A stretch of 63,978 nucleotides of DNA, the filler included, from Octopus bimaculoides (lineage: Eukaryota): the NCBI RefSeq assembly GCF_001194135.2. It is 8 parts of 8 records of this genome, joined end to end, with 100 filler letters (N's around TTAATTAATTAA, not from the genome) between each part and the next. Parts side by side here need not be neighbours in the genome. Positions count along the whole stretch, not along the records: positions 49,210 to 57,123 come from NC_068985.1; positions 57,224 to 59,617 come from NC_069005.1; positions 59,718 to 62,615 come from NC_068999.1; 5 more parts are not named here. One strand, written 5' to 3'. The translations under genes and the position numbers were made by a program. Positions 52,338 through 62,715 of this stretch are shown here, one piece after another. Positions within the stretch are counted from its first letter, which is position 1; each line of letters opens with the position of its first letter. The notes under the pieces are model-generated. The model saw only the letters and a list, made by a program, of their open reading frames with translations. It ran no database searches and was not told the origin of the DNA.

Positions 52338-52506
52338 GGAAGATGTTACAAAGAGAAAATAGAAATTACACAGGGACATGTAAGGGAAAAGTAAGAAGAA
52401 AACTAAGCGAAAATACACATTGGAAACCGAAAAGAATAAAGGCTTTTTATGAAAAGTAACGATAGATATATACAATTATATGAACTGAAGAAGGAATAAA
52501 AGTAAT

Positions 52507-52565
52507 AAATGTGCTCTGACGAGGGCTTTGTGGATTGTGCTGAGTAGATATCCATGAAGGATATC
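52507..52565 (-). mobile_element. Short Penelope-like element fragment
   Basis: Encodes LHGYLLSTIHKALVRAH, homologous to LHGYPLNTIYTALARAH at about 56035-56085. Confidence 0.6.
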
Positions 52566-52639
52566 GCCAAGAATCGGAAACACCAACTTATGATCATACG
52601 CCACAGTTAGCATATATATATATGTCATTTGAGCGAGAT

Positions 52640-52848
52640 CGTTGTCAGTGCCGCTGGACTGGCTCCTGTGCAGGTGGCACGTAAAAGCACCCACTACACT
52701 CTCGGAGTGGTTGGCGTTAGGAAGGGCATCCAGCTATAGAAACTGCCAAATCAGATTGGAGTCTGGTGTAGCTATCTGGTTCACCAGTCCTCAGTCAAAT
52801 CGTGCAACCCATGCTAGCATGGAAAGCGGACATTAAACGATGATGATG
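52640..52848 (+). mobile_element. RTE LINE 3' end
   Basis: Ends GGAAAGCGGACATTAAACGATGATGATG. Confidence 0.9.
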
Positions 52849-52861
52849 AATATGTATTTAT

Positions 52862-55305
52862 ATCATCATCATCGTCGTCGTTTAACGTCCGCTTTCCATG
52901 CTAGCATGGGTTGCACGATTTGATTGAGGACTGGTGAACCGGATGGCTGCACCAGGCTTCAATTTGATCTGGTTTCTACAGCTGGATGCCCTTCCTAACG
53001 CCAACCACTCAGAGAGTGTAGTGGGTGTTTTTACGTGCCACCGGCACGAGGGACAGTCACGTGGTACTAGCAACGACCATGCTCAAAATGGTGTTTTTTA
53101 CATGCCACCTGCACAGGAGCCAGTCCAACGGTAGTGGCAACGACCTCGCTCGAATGATTTTCTAACATGCCACCTACACAAGTGTCAATAAGACGACGCA
53201 GGTAACGATCGCGCTCAAATGGTACTATTTATGTGCCACTAGCATGGAAGCCAGACAGCTGCTCTGGCAATGATCACGCTTGGACGGTGCTGTTATTGTT
53301 CCACTGGCACAGGTGCCGGTCATCGAATATGGTTCAATTACGATTTCGATTTCATTTGCCCCAACAGGTCTTTGCAAGCCGAGTTTAGTGTCCAATGAAG
53401 GAGACGTTGGCATGGGTGCCAGTTGTCGAATTTGGTTCGATATTGATTTCAATTTCAATTCACTTGCCTCAACAGGTCTTCGCAAGCCGAGTTTAGTGTC
53501 CAATGAAGTAAAGATACGAATAAGTGAGCTGACTACACTTTTGGCAGAGGCCACAGATTATGCACTCACTTGGCTTGCCGGGTCTTCTCACGTACAGCAT
53601 ATTTTCAAAGGTCCCGGTCACTAGTCATTGCCTCAGTGAGGCCTAAAGTTCAACGGTCGAACTTCACCACCTCATCCCAGGTCTTCCTGGGTCTATCTCT
53701 TCCACAAGTTCTCTCAACCGCTAGGGTGTGGCACTTTTTCACACAGCTATCCTCATCCATTCTTGGCACATGACCACACCAGCATAATCGTCTCTCTTGT
53801 GCACCACAACTGATGCTTCTTAGGTCTAACTTTTCTCTCAAGGTTTTAACACTCTGTCTAGTATGCACACTGACATTACACATCCATTGGAGCATACTGG
53901 CTTCATTCCTTGCAAGCTTACGCATGTCCTCAGCAGTCACGGCCCAAGTTTCACTGCCATGTAGCATGGTGGTTTGTACACAAGCGTCATACAGTCTGCC
54001 TTTTACTCTGAGCGAGAAGCCCTTTGTCACTAGCAAAGGTAAGAGCTCTCTGAACTTTACCCAAGCTATTCTTATTCTAGCAGTGACACTTTCAGCACAC
54101 CCTCCCCCGCTACTAACTTTGTCACCTAGATAGCAGAAGCTATCAACTATTTCTAGTTTTTCTCCCTGGAATGTGACAAAGGTTGTTTTCTCCGCATTTT
54201 CAGTGTTTATTGCTCCTGAACATCTGCCACATACAAAAACTATCTTGCTAGTTAGCCTTCCTTTGATATTGCTGCACCTCTTATATATATATATATAGGT
54301 ATATATAATTGGGTTACATATGTAAAAGAAACTACCTCAAGAGAGTCTCCTGGGCATTTGAGTGAGTGTATGTACTATGTAGTTATTGTTTCTGCACATC
54401 TTCCACACATGAAGGCGATCTTATCTGTTAATTTACCTGTGATTCCATTGCATCTCTCATGCTTCCAAAGCTTACTCTAGATGCACCAAATGGAATTATT
54501 TCCTATTCCTTTCCTACATACTGAAGAAATCCAATTCCCTGATGGAAAGAGAGCCTGATCTGCTTTCTTGCTAACAGACCAATTTGGCCTTTGCTAGGTT
54601 AACTTGAAGGCTCTTTGATTTCAGGTTTTGCTACCATACCTAGATCTTCTCCAATTCTACTTCATATTCTCCAATAAGAGCGAGGTCATCAGCAAATATT
54701 AGCTCCCATGGGCATCCAGTTTTGAATTCCTCTGTTGAGAGTGGACTAAGAACAGATCCATAGTGAACCCCGACTGGTACACTAAATTCATTACTTTAAT
54801 CAAGGCTGACTCTCACCTTGCTGACAGCAATCACTGCTTTACATGGCTTGTACAACTCTAACAAATCACTCCTCCACTCCTAGCTTCCTTAGAGTCCAAC
54901 AGAGTCTCCAGGTCAATAAAAGCTAAGTACAATGGTTTACTTTTGGCCATATACTTTTCTAGCAACTGTCTTACTAGGAAGATGGCATCCGTGTTACTTA
55001 TCCTAGGAACAAACCCAAACTGCATCTCATCTAGTTTAATTCTATTCATAATTAATTAAGCTATCACTCTCTCTGTAATTTTCATGACCTGGTCCAGCTG
55101 TATGATACCTCTGTAGTTGTATCTATCTAAAGCATCACCTTTACCCTTGTACCAACTAATTATAATACTACTGCATATGTCCATGGTGATGACACCTTCC
55201 TGAATAACCTGATTAACTATGCGAGTGACTAGGCTGTATGCCACACTGCTAGCTATTTTAATCATCTCGGCAGTGACACCTGATGGTTCAGGAGCTTTCC
55301 TAGGG
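52862..55305 (-). mobile_element. RTE-clade LINE, 5'-truncated and degenerate (RT domain, C-terminal domain, 3' UTR, (GAT)n tail)
   Basis: Minus-strand fragments GKAPEPSGVTAEM, WYKGKGDALDRYNYRGI, QFGF, LYLAFIDLE, GVHYGSVLSP, LIFADDL, MLHGSETW, RRLCWCGHVPRM, GRDRPRKTW. Confidence 0.9.
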
Positions 55306-56260
55306 ATGTGTGGGGGTGGGGCGTGGTTGGATGGGGTGTCAATGAAGAGAAAAGGTGGGTAGGAGTGAAGAAAGGAAGGGAGTCAGATGAAGAGAGGAGG
55401 AGAGTTGAGTCCACATGGCACAAAGGAGCAAAGAGAAGATTAAATCCAATTCATGGCAAAGGCGGTATTCCAGATGACCCCTGTGCAAAGACGATCCGAA
55501 CACAAACAGGTGTTGTAGTGAATGACCGGTAGAGCGGAAATGGCACAAGACCAGAGAGTCATTGCCGAGTCTGGTGTCTTGGAGGTGCTCCACAAACTAA
55601 TCAGCCAAGTGGCGTCCCATTTGACCAATGTACAGAGAAAGGCAGAAAAAGTAGGAGATGCAGTAAATGAGATTGCTAGAAGTGCAGGTAAAGGTGTTGG
55701 TGATATAATAGGGATGATGATGGGTGTCTGTGAGAATGGTGATGTTGGAGAGGTAGGGGCAAGTGCAGAAGCATGGGTGGGGGCAGGGGAATGAGCTAGG
55801 CTGGAAGGTGGAGTTAGGGAAGAAACTGTGGACCAGGTGGTCACACAGGTTCTGGGCTCGTTTGAAGGAGGGAAGGAGTAGGTTGGGGAAGATGTATGAA
55901 GTAGAGGGGTTGGAATGGAGTAACTGGAAGGCTTGGAGAATGGTTCATTGGAGGGGTGGTAGGTGAGGGGAAATGGGAGACGGGTAATGGCGGGGTGCAT
56001 GTGGAGAGGGAGAGTAGAGGTACTGTTCACAGAATGTGCTCTGGCAAGGGCTGTGTAGATAGTGTTGAGAGGATATCCATGAAGGATGAAGTGGCAGGCC
56101 ATTAGTTGAGACTGAGTCTCAAAGTCATGGTTGTCACTGCAGAGCCTGTGCAGATGGAGGAATTGGGAATAGGGGATGGAGAGCTTGGTGTGGATAGGAT
56201 GGGAGAAGTTAAGGAATGAGTGTGAGTTGGTGTGTTTGTGTTCAAAATATAGATTGTCTC
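55306..56260 (-). mobile_element. Penelope-like element (RT C-terminal region, Cys-rich linker, C-terminal GIY-YIG endonuclease), degenerate
   Basis: KHTNSHSFLNF-HP-HTKLSIPYSQFLHLHRLCS...GYP; after a frameshift near 55945: FKRAQNLCDHLVH, FPCPHPCFCTCP, FTCTSSNLIYCIS..CLSLYIGQMGRHLAD*FVEHL, LCHF.STGH. Confidence 0.85.
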
Positions 56261-56799
56261 CACCTAGCTGATCAACAGACTGTACATTCCAATATTCAGG
56301 GTTTAATTGTAACCAATCAGACTGTAATAAGCAAAGTAATATAGACAAAACACAGTGACTGTTGTTTGGAATATTAGTATCAAGAAGAATATTCAGCCAT
56401 AAATAATACACGACATAAACTGATGTTTCCAATATCTGTGTTATTTTCTCTGATGTTTTACACACATTGTCTTCTGTATATCATTGTTTACATCATTTTA
56501 TAAAATTTTGAAAACTATTTTATATTTAGGTCAATATCTAGCTGGTATTTTCAAGGGAAAATACAGATTCATGATGTTATTGGAAAAATTAAAAATAGTG
56601 ACATTAACTACATGAAAAAATTTATTGAAGACCATCCAGATAAAGTAAGTTGTTCTGTATATTGCCTTCTCAAATTTAACTGATTTTTTTTTTTTTAAAT
56701 TATTTTGTACAATATCAAATTTTCCTAACTAATCACATATTTGTCTGTGATATTTCATTTCTTTCTTCACCTCTTTCCTCTCATCCTCATCATCCTTCA

Positions 56800-57123
56800 T
56801 CATCATCATCATCATCATCGTTTAACGTCCGCTTTCAATGCTAGCATGGGTTGGACGATTTGACTGAGGACTGGTGCAACCGGATGGCTACACCAGGCTC
56901 CAATCTAATTTGGCAGAGTTTCTATAGCTGGATGCCCTTCCTAACGCCAACCACTCAGAGAGTGTAGTGGGTGCTTTTACGTGTCACCCGCACGAAAACG
57001 GCCACGCTCGAAATGGTGTCTTTTATGTGCCACCCGCACAAGAGCCAGTCCAGGGGCACTGGCAACGATCTCGCTCGAAAACCCTACAAGGCCAGTCAGG
57101 CGGTACTGGCAACGGTCACGCTC
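56800..57123 (-). mobile_element. RTE LINE 3' end running into a join spacer
   Basis: (CAT)n GTTTAACGTCCGCTTTC terminus plus 3' UTR. Confidence 0.9.
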
Positions 57124-57223
57124 NNNNNNNNNNNNNNNNNNNNNNNNNNNNNNNNNNNNNNNNNNNNTTAATTAATTAANNNNNNNNNNNNNNNNNNNNN
57201 NNNNNNNNNNNNNNNNNNNNNNN
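57124..57223. other. Assembly join spacer
   Basis: 44N-TTAATTAATTAA-44N. Confidence 0.95.
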
Positions 57224-57425
57224 TATATGTTTGTCCCCCCAGCATCGTTTGACAACCGATGGTGGTGTGTTTATGTCCCCATAACTTAGCGGTTCGGCAC
57301 ACGAGACCGATAGAATAAGTACTAGGCTTCCAAAGAATAAGTCCTGGGGTCGATTTGCTCGACTAAAAAAGGCGGTGTTCCAGCATGGCCGCAGTCAAAT
57401 GACTGAAACAAGTAAAAGAGAGAGA
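57224..57425 (+). mobile_element. SINE family B tail
   Basis: GTTTGTCCCCCC...TTGACAACCGAT...CCAGCATGGCCGCAGTCAAATGACTGAAACAAGTAAAAGAG. Confidence 0.85.
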
Positions 57426-57843
57426 GACCTTGTGGACACCCTGTACATATAACATTGAAACTCTATTTCCTCCTTATCAAACGTCAAGCCTGAACCTTGA
57501 TATGTATAGGTGCGAGCAGGAACAAACTTGCTTCCGAAGCAAGTGTGTTAAAGAGTAAGAGAGAGAGAGAAATCTGTAAATAGTGGAGTAATGTATAAAA
57601 CATCAACATATGCAAATACAGATTATAAGATACCTCATAGGATCAAATATCATGAAACTCAAGGTTTTGATTCCAGAACTGGGATGTGTACATACGATAT
57701 GAAAATTCAGGTGATCAAAGTTTAAAAATGAAATGCTGGCATTTTTATTATAACATACTCTAACATTACCTATCTTTTATAAAATGTTTGTTGATCAATA
57801 AAATGATATTTTACTTAAAAATGAAGTTGTTTGTTTGTGACCT

Positions 57844-58034
57844 TACAAAGGGGTGCTGAAAAGTTTCTGGCTTTAAAGGTATTTCGAAATATTTGGTTGT
57901 ACAGGGCTTAGAAAAACTGGAGGACTACGGCAATAAGTATGTGAATTTGCAAGGGGAATATGTTGAATAAAATCATAATTAATCCTCTTATATTTTCTTT
58001 TACCCAAAGCCAGAAGCTTTTCAGTACCCACATG
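57844..58034 (+). mobile_element. Internally deleted mariner (MITE)
   Basis: TIRs GGGGTGCTGAAAAGTTTCTGGCTTT / AAAGCCAGAAGCTTTTCAGTACCCC; internal GLEKLEDYGNKYVNLQGEYVE*, resembling a mariner transposase C-terminus. Confidence 0.8.
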
Positions 58035-58082
58035 CATGTTTAAGAAATAAAAATATTTGAGTTTTTGAAATGAATATATATA

Positions 58083-58950
58083 TCCTCATTGTTTAATGTC
58101 TGCTTTCCATGCTAGCATGGGTTGGACGGTTTAACTGAGGACTAGCAAGCCAGATGTCTGCACCAGGCTCCGATCTGATCTGGCAAGATTTCTACAGCTG
58201 GATGCCCTTCCTAATGCCAACCATTCTGAGAGTGTAGTGGGTGCTTTTTATGTGCCACCGACATGGGGGCCAGTCAGGTGGCACTGGCATCAACCATGTT
58301 CGTGTGGTGCTTTTTACTTGCCACCGGTATGGGAGCCAGTGAGGGGACACTGGCATCAGTCATGTTTGCATAGTGCTTTTTATGTGCTACTGGCATAGGA
58401 GTCAGTCAGGGTGCACTGGCATCAACCATGTTTGCATGGATATTTTTACATGCCACTAATACAAGGAGCAGTTATGCTGCACTAGCATTGACCTACACTC
58501 AGATGGTGCTTATTATGTGCCACCAGCATGGGTGCCAGTCAGGGAACACTGGCCACGACTATGATTTCGATTTCACTTAACAGGTCCTCCCAAGCACATC
58601 ATATCACCCGATGCTTCGAAGGTACCTTTTTAAATGGACCGGTTATGCAACACTGGTATCAGCCATGGCTGTAATCTCACTTTACTTGCCAGGTCTTCTC
58701 AATCACAGCACATCTCCAAAGGTCTTGGTCTCTTATCATTGCCTCTGTGAGGCCCAGTGTTAGGTCATGCTTCACCACCTTATCCCATGTCTTCCTGAGT
58801 CTACCTCTTCCACAGGTTCCCTCCACTGTTAGGGTGTGACACTTCTTCATACAGCTGTCCTCGTCTATACACAACACATGACCATACCAGTGCAGTTGTC
58901 TCTCTTCCACACAACATCTGATGCTTCTTATGTCCAACTTTTCTCTCAGG
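58083..58950 (-). mobile_element. RTE LINE 3' portion (ORF C-terminus and 3' UTR)
   Basis: REKLDIRSIRCCVEERQLHWYGHVL...GRGRLRKTWDKVVKHDL; same 3' UTR as the other copies. Confidence 0.9.
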
Positions 58951-59013
58951 AAAGACAGGCGTAGGAACACCAAGCACGTGTATTAGCTTAACGCTTGCGA
59001 AAAATGGAGAAGT

Positions 59014-59049
59014 CTTTTACGTTTTGAGCCTACACTCTTCAACAGAAAG
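59014..59049 (-). ncRNA. Degenerate minimal hammerhead ribozyme
   Basis: CTTT CTGTTGA A GAGT-GTAG-GCTC AAAA CG T A AAAG; helices intact, two core substitutions. Confidence 0.5.
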
Positions 59050-59411
59050 AATTAAGAGAAAAAAAAAAGCGCAGAGCTCAATGGTCCAACATGGCGAGAT
59101 GACTGGAAGAAAGAGGTTGAATGAAAGGGAGATATAATAATGATAGTAATGATATCAACAACAATAATAATAGTAAAGGTAATGATAATCCCCAACGAAC
59201 GAAGGTGCGCAAGCATGTGTGTATATGTGAGAATGGTGTATGTGAGTGTATATGTGTGAATGAGGGTGAGTGAGTCTAACGTGTGTGTGTGTGATGAAGG
59301 TACTGAGGGAGGCGGTATGCAGGTGGAGGGGGCAGTTGGATGTGGGAGATGTGTGGGAATATGCATATATATGTATATATATGCGTGTGTGTGTTTATAT
59401 ATATATATATA

Positions 59412-59568
59412 TATCTGTAAAAATATGTGACACTTATTCAGTAGCCATGATAAAACTCCGAGTTTCCAATGCCCGGGCAGTGTTCCGCTCCGGCCATCTC
59501 TTCAGTTATCCAACTACCGGAGATTCTAAGCATGGCTACTGAATAAGTGTCACATATTTTTACAGATA
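59412..59568. repeat. Perfect 38-bp inverted repeat (59412-59449 / 59531-59568)
   Basis: TATCTGTAAAAATATGTGACACTTATTCAGTAGCCATG and its exact reverse complement. Confidence 0.95.
59449..59510 (-). ncRNA. Type I hammerhead ribozyme, near-canonical, GUU site
   Basis: GATAA CTGAAGA [GATG-G-CCGG-A-GCGG-AACA-CTGC-CCGG-G-CATT-G] GAAA CTC-G-GAG T T TTATC; G instead of the usual C just before GAAA. Confidence 0.7.
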
Positions 59569-59617
59569 AATTCCTCTATTTGCATAATATCGAGGTCTCT
59601 TTCTTTCTTTTGTTGCC

Positions 59618-59717
59618 NNNNNNNNNNNNNNNNNNNNNNNNNNNNNNNNNNNNNNNNNNNNTTAATTAATTAANNNNNNNNNNNNNNNNNNNNNNNNNNN
59701 NNNNNNNNNNNNNNNNN
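59618..59717. other. Assembly join spacer
   Basis: 44N-TTAATTAATTAA-44N. Confidence 0.95.
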
Positions 59718-59754
59718 ATATATATACATACATATATATATATGTGTGTGTGTT

Positions 59755-59925
59755 TGTGTGTCTGTGTTTGTCCCCCCAACATAGTTTGACAACCGATGCT
59801 GGTGTGTTTACGTCCACGTAACTTAGCGTAACTTAGGCTTACAAAGAATAAGTCCTAGGGTCGATTTGCTCGACTAAAGTCGGTGCTCCAGCATGGCACC
59901 AGTCGAACGACTGAAACAAGTAAAA
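59755..59925 (+). mobile_element. SINE family B tail
   Basis: GTTTGTCCCCCCAACAT...GGTCGATTTGCTCGACTAAAG...CTCCAGCATGGC. Confidence 0.85.
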
Positions 59926-60484
59926 TAAGGACACAGACCTTACTGAGTTAAAAAGAAATAATCAGATTGGATAATGTAGCCTAAAGTATACTATGCATGA
60001 AAAACGTGGGCTGGTCAAAGCTGGAGCGCTTTAAAGCACAAGCCTACTCAAATACATCTGACCTGGTTGTTAGGTAGGGGGGTTAAACAACAGCAATAAA
60101 TATCGAGTTTTGACTAAGAAATACAGCAAAGGTCTGGCAGCTATATTAACTTTTTAATCTGTTCGTTGGTGGCGAAATAACTAATTTATTTGGTTATTTC
60201 GTTTCAAGAAAGAGAAGTCATCAGTGATAATGCCAATATTTGTAGACAGAAAACTGTCACAATAGATATTTTAATAGAAAAGGAAGATATTGAGCTGAAG
60301 AAAAGAAAAAAAAAGGAAGAAAGGAAAAGGAAAAGAAAATCTTGTCTTAGACAATAAATAATACTTTTCTACGTGTGTACATGCATGTTTATATATGCAT
60401 ATGTCTGTATATGCATACTTACGTACCTACATTCATACATAAGCATAAATATATATATTTACGTATATATACATGTATACATAC

Positions 60485-60552
<68 letters not shown>

Positions 60553-60903
60553 NNNNNNNNNNNNNNNNNNNNNNNNNNNNNNNNNNNNNNNNNNNNNNNN
60601 NNNNNNNNNNNNNNNNNNNNNNNNNNNNNNNNNNNNNNNNNNNNNNNNNNNNNNNNNNNNNNNNNNNNNNNNNNNNNNNNNNNNNNNNNNNNNNNNNNNN
60701 NNNNNNNNNNNNNNNNNNNNNNNNNNNNNNNNNNNNNNNNNNNNNNNNNNNNNNNNNNNNNNNNNNNNNNNNNNNNNNNNNNNNNNNNNNNNNNNNNNNN
60801 NNNNNNNNNNNNNNNNNNNNNNNNNNNNNNNNNNNNNNNNNNNNNNNNNNNNNNNNNNNNNNNNNNNNNNNNNNNNNNNNNNNNNNNNNNNNNNNNNNNN
60901 NNN

Positions 60904-60945
<42 letters not shown>

Positions 60946-61339
60946 TACACACACACATACATACACTCACAAACAAACACACGAACACACCAACACACAC
61001 GCATACACGCACACACACGAGAAGATCAAGCCATGGAAGAAATGATATCTTGAAAGACTTAAATACGCTTGCAGACTGCAAACTATTGACAGCTAAGAAC
61101 AGAGAAAATATACAATAGGAAAGTGGTTAGGCAAATGAAAGCAAAAAAAAAAAAACGAAAATGCTATTAGTGGGAAATAACAAAACAAAGCGAGAAAGAT
61201 ACGGTGCAGTTTGCTGTTTATTTATGATGAAATTTGTCTCTTGTGCAAGAACAAATTCTGTGAAGCAGTTAAACGGTTGTACATCAGATACAAATAGGTT
61301 ACTAGAAATATAACGGAATATTTAAATAGGTTTAGGCAA

Positions 61340-61470
61340 GGCTGCAATGACGTGGTTTCGCGCTCACTTTCACTGTGTGGCACCTTGGGCAAGTGTCTTC
61401 TGCTACGGCTGTGGATCGACCAGTGAATGCCTTGTGAGGGGATTTGATTGACAGGAACTGTGTGGAAGTA
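61340..61470 (+). mobile_element. SINE family B, partial
   Basis: CACTGTGTGGCACCTTGGGCAAGTGTCTTCT...GCCTTGTGAGGGGATTTG. Confidence 0.7.
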
Positions 61471-61669
61471 CGTTGTATATGTATATATGTATGCATGTAT
61501 ACATACATGCGTACATATATGCGTATATGAATACATACATACGTACATACATACATGTGTACACACACACGCATACACACATGGTATAAAGATAAAAATA
61601 AACGCGAAGACGAAATACAAGTAAAAACGAACTGGGTACATTAGTTTGACCAGGAAAATTGGAAGAAAT

Positions 61670-61705
61670 CTTTAACGTTTCGAGCAAACGCTCTTCAGCG
61701 GAAAC
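61670..61705 (-). ncRNA. Degenerate minimal hammerhead ribozyme, same family as 59014-59049
   Basis: TTT CCGCTGA A GAGC-GTTT-GCTC GAAA CG T T AAAG. Confidence 0.45.
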
Positions 61706-61722
61706 GACAGATGAGAATTAAC

Positions 61723-61755
<33 letters not shown>

Positions 61756-61765
61756 NNNNNNNNNN

Positions 61766-61801
<36 letters not shown>

Positions 61802-62018
61802 TAATAATAATAATGTCGGGAGAAAGAAACATGAGGAGGAGGAGAAGAGGAGGAGAAGGAGGAGGAGGGAGCGAAAGGATGTTTTTTGAAAAAGAAGCAA
61901 CAAATAAAATTCATTAATATTTTTTTTTCCAGTCTTGTTTGATGATTTGATGCATCTGGTGTCGCTGCTGTCGCTATCTTGTACACGCGCGCGCGCACGT
62001 GTATGTGTATGTGTCCGC

Positions 62019-62049
<31 letters not shown>

Positions 62050-62615
62050 ATGTATATGTATTTATTTCATTACTACAGAAAGGAAATAAGCAGTTTTATA
62101 AAGAGACGAAGTGAGCAAAACCTGCCGATCAATTTAGAACAAACATCATTATTCTATTTATAAGCGTTTAAATAAAGAATTCTTTGTGAGCCAACGTGAG
62201 ATCCGCTATCTATATGTGGTCAGCCGACGACCAGCTAAATACGGCAGCTTCTGCGTGGTCAGCTGACCTGCTAAAAACAACGGCCTCTAAGTGGTTAACC
62301 GACTTACTAAAAATAGCAGCTTTCTCACGATTTGCTACAAATTGCATCGTCTGCGTGCTCACTGGGCCTAAGAAAAATTGTAGCGCCTACGTGGACAATC
62401 GACCTGCTAAAAACAGCAGTCAAATATCTCTTAAATCACACCATACTGTCTAAAAAGGAAAAAAAGAAAAAGAAAAAGGCACGCGGGAGCTCTGCATATA
62501 CGAAATAGGCGGTATGGTTACGGCTGGAAAGCTTTTCATCTGTTCAGTGATCTCCTTTTGCTTGGGACTAAATAACATGTACTTTTACCTTTTTCTTTTT
62601 TCTTCTTTTTACTCT

Positions 62616-62715
62616 NNNNNNNNNNNNNNNNNNNNNNNNNNNNNNNNNNNNNNNNNNNNTTAATTAATTAANNNNNNNNNNNNNNNNNNNNNNNNNNNNN
62701 NNNNNNNNNNNNNNN
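62616..62715. other. Assembly join spacer
   Basis: 44N-TTAATTAATTAA-44N. Confidence 0.95.

Noticed and set aside
55306-56260. Selenocysteine readthrough in the PLE ORF
   Set aside because: The in-frame stop seen in the endonuclease is TAG, not TGA, and there is also a frameshift; ordinary decay explains it.
58241-62420. CRISPR-like or regularly spaced repeat arrays
   Set aside because: The units are degenerate tandem repeats without unique spacers, in a eukaryotic repeat context.
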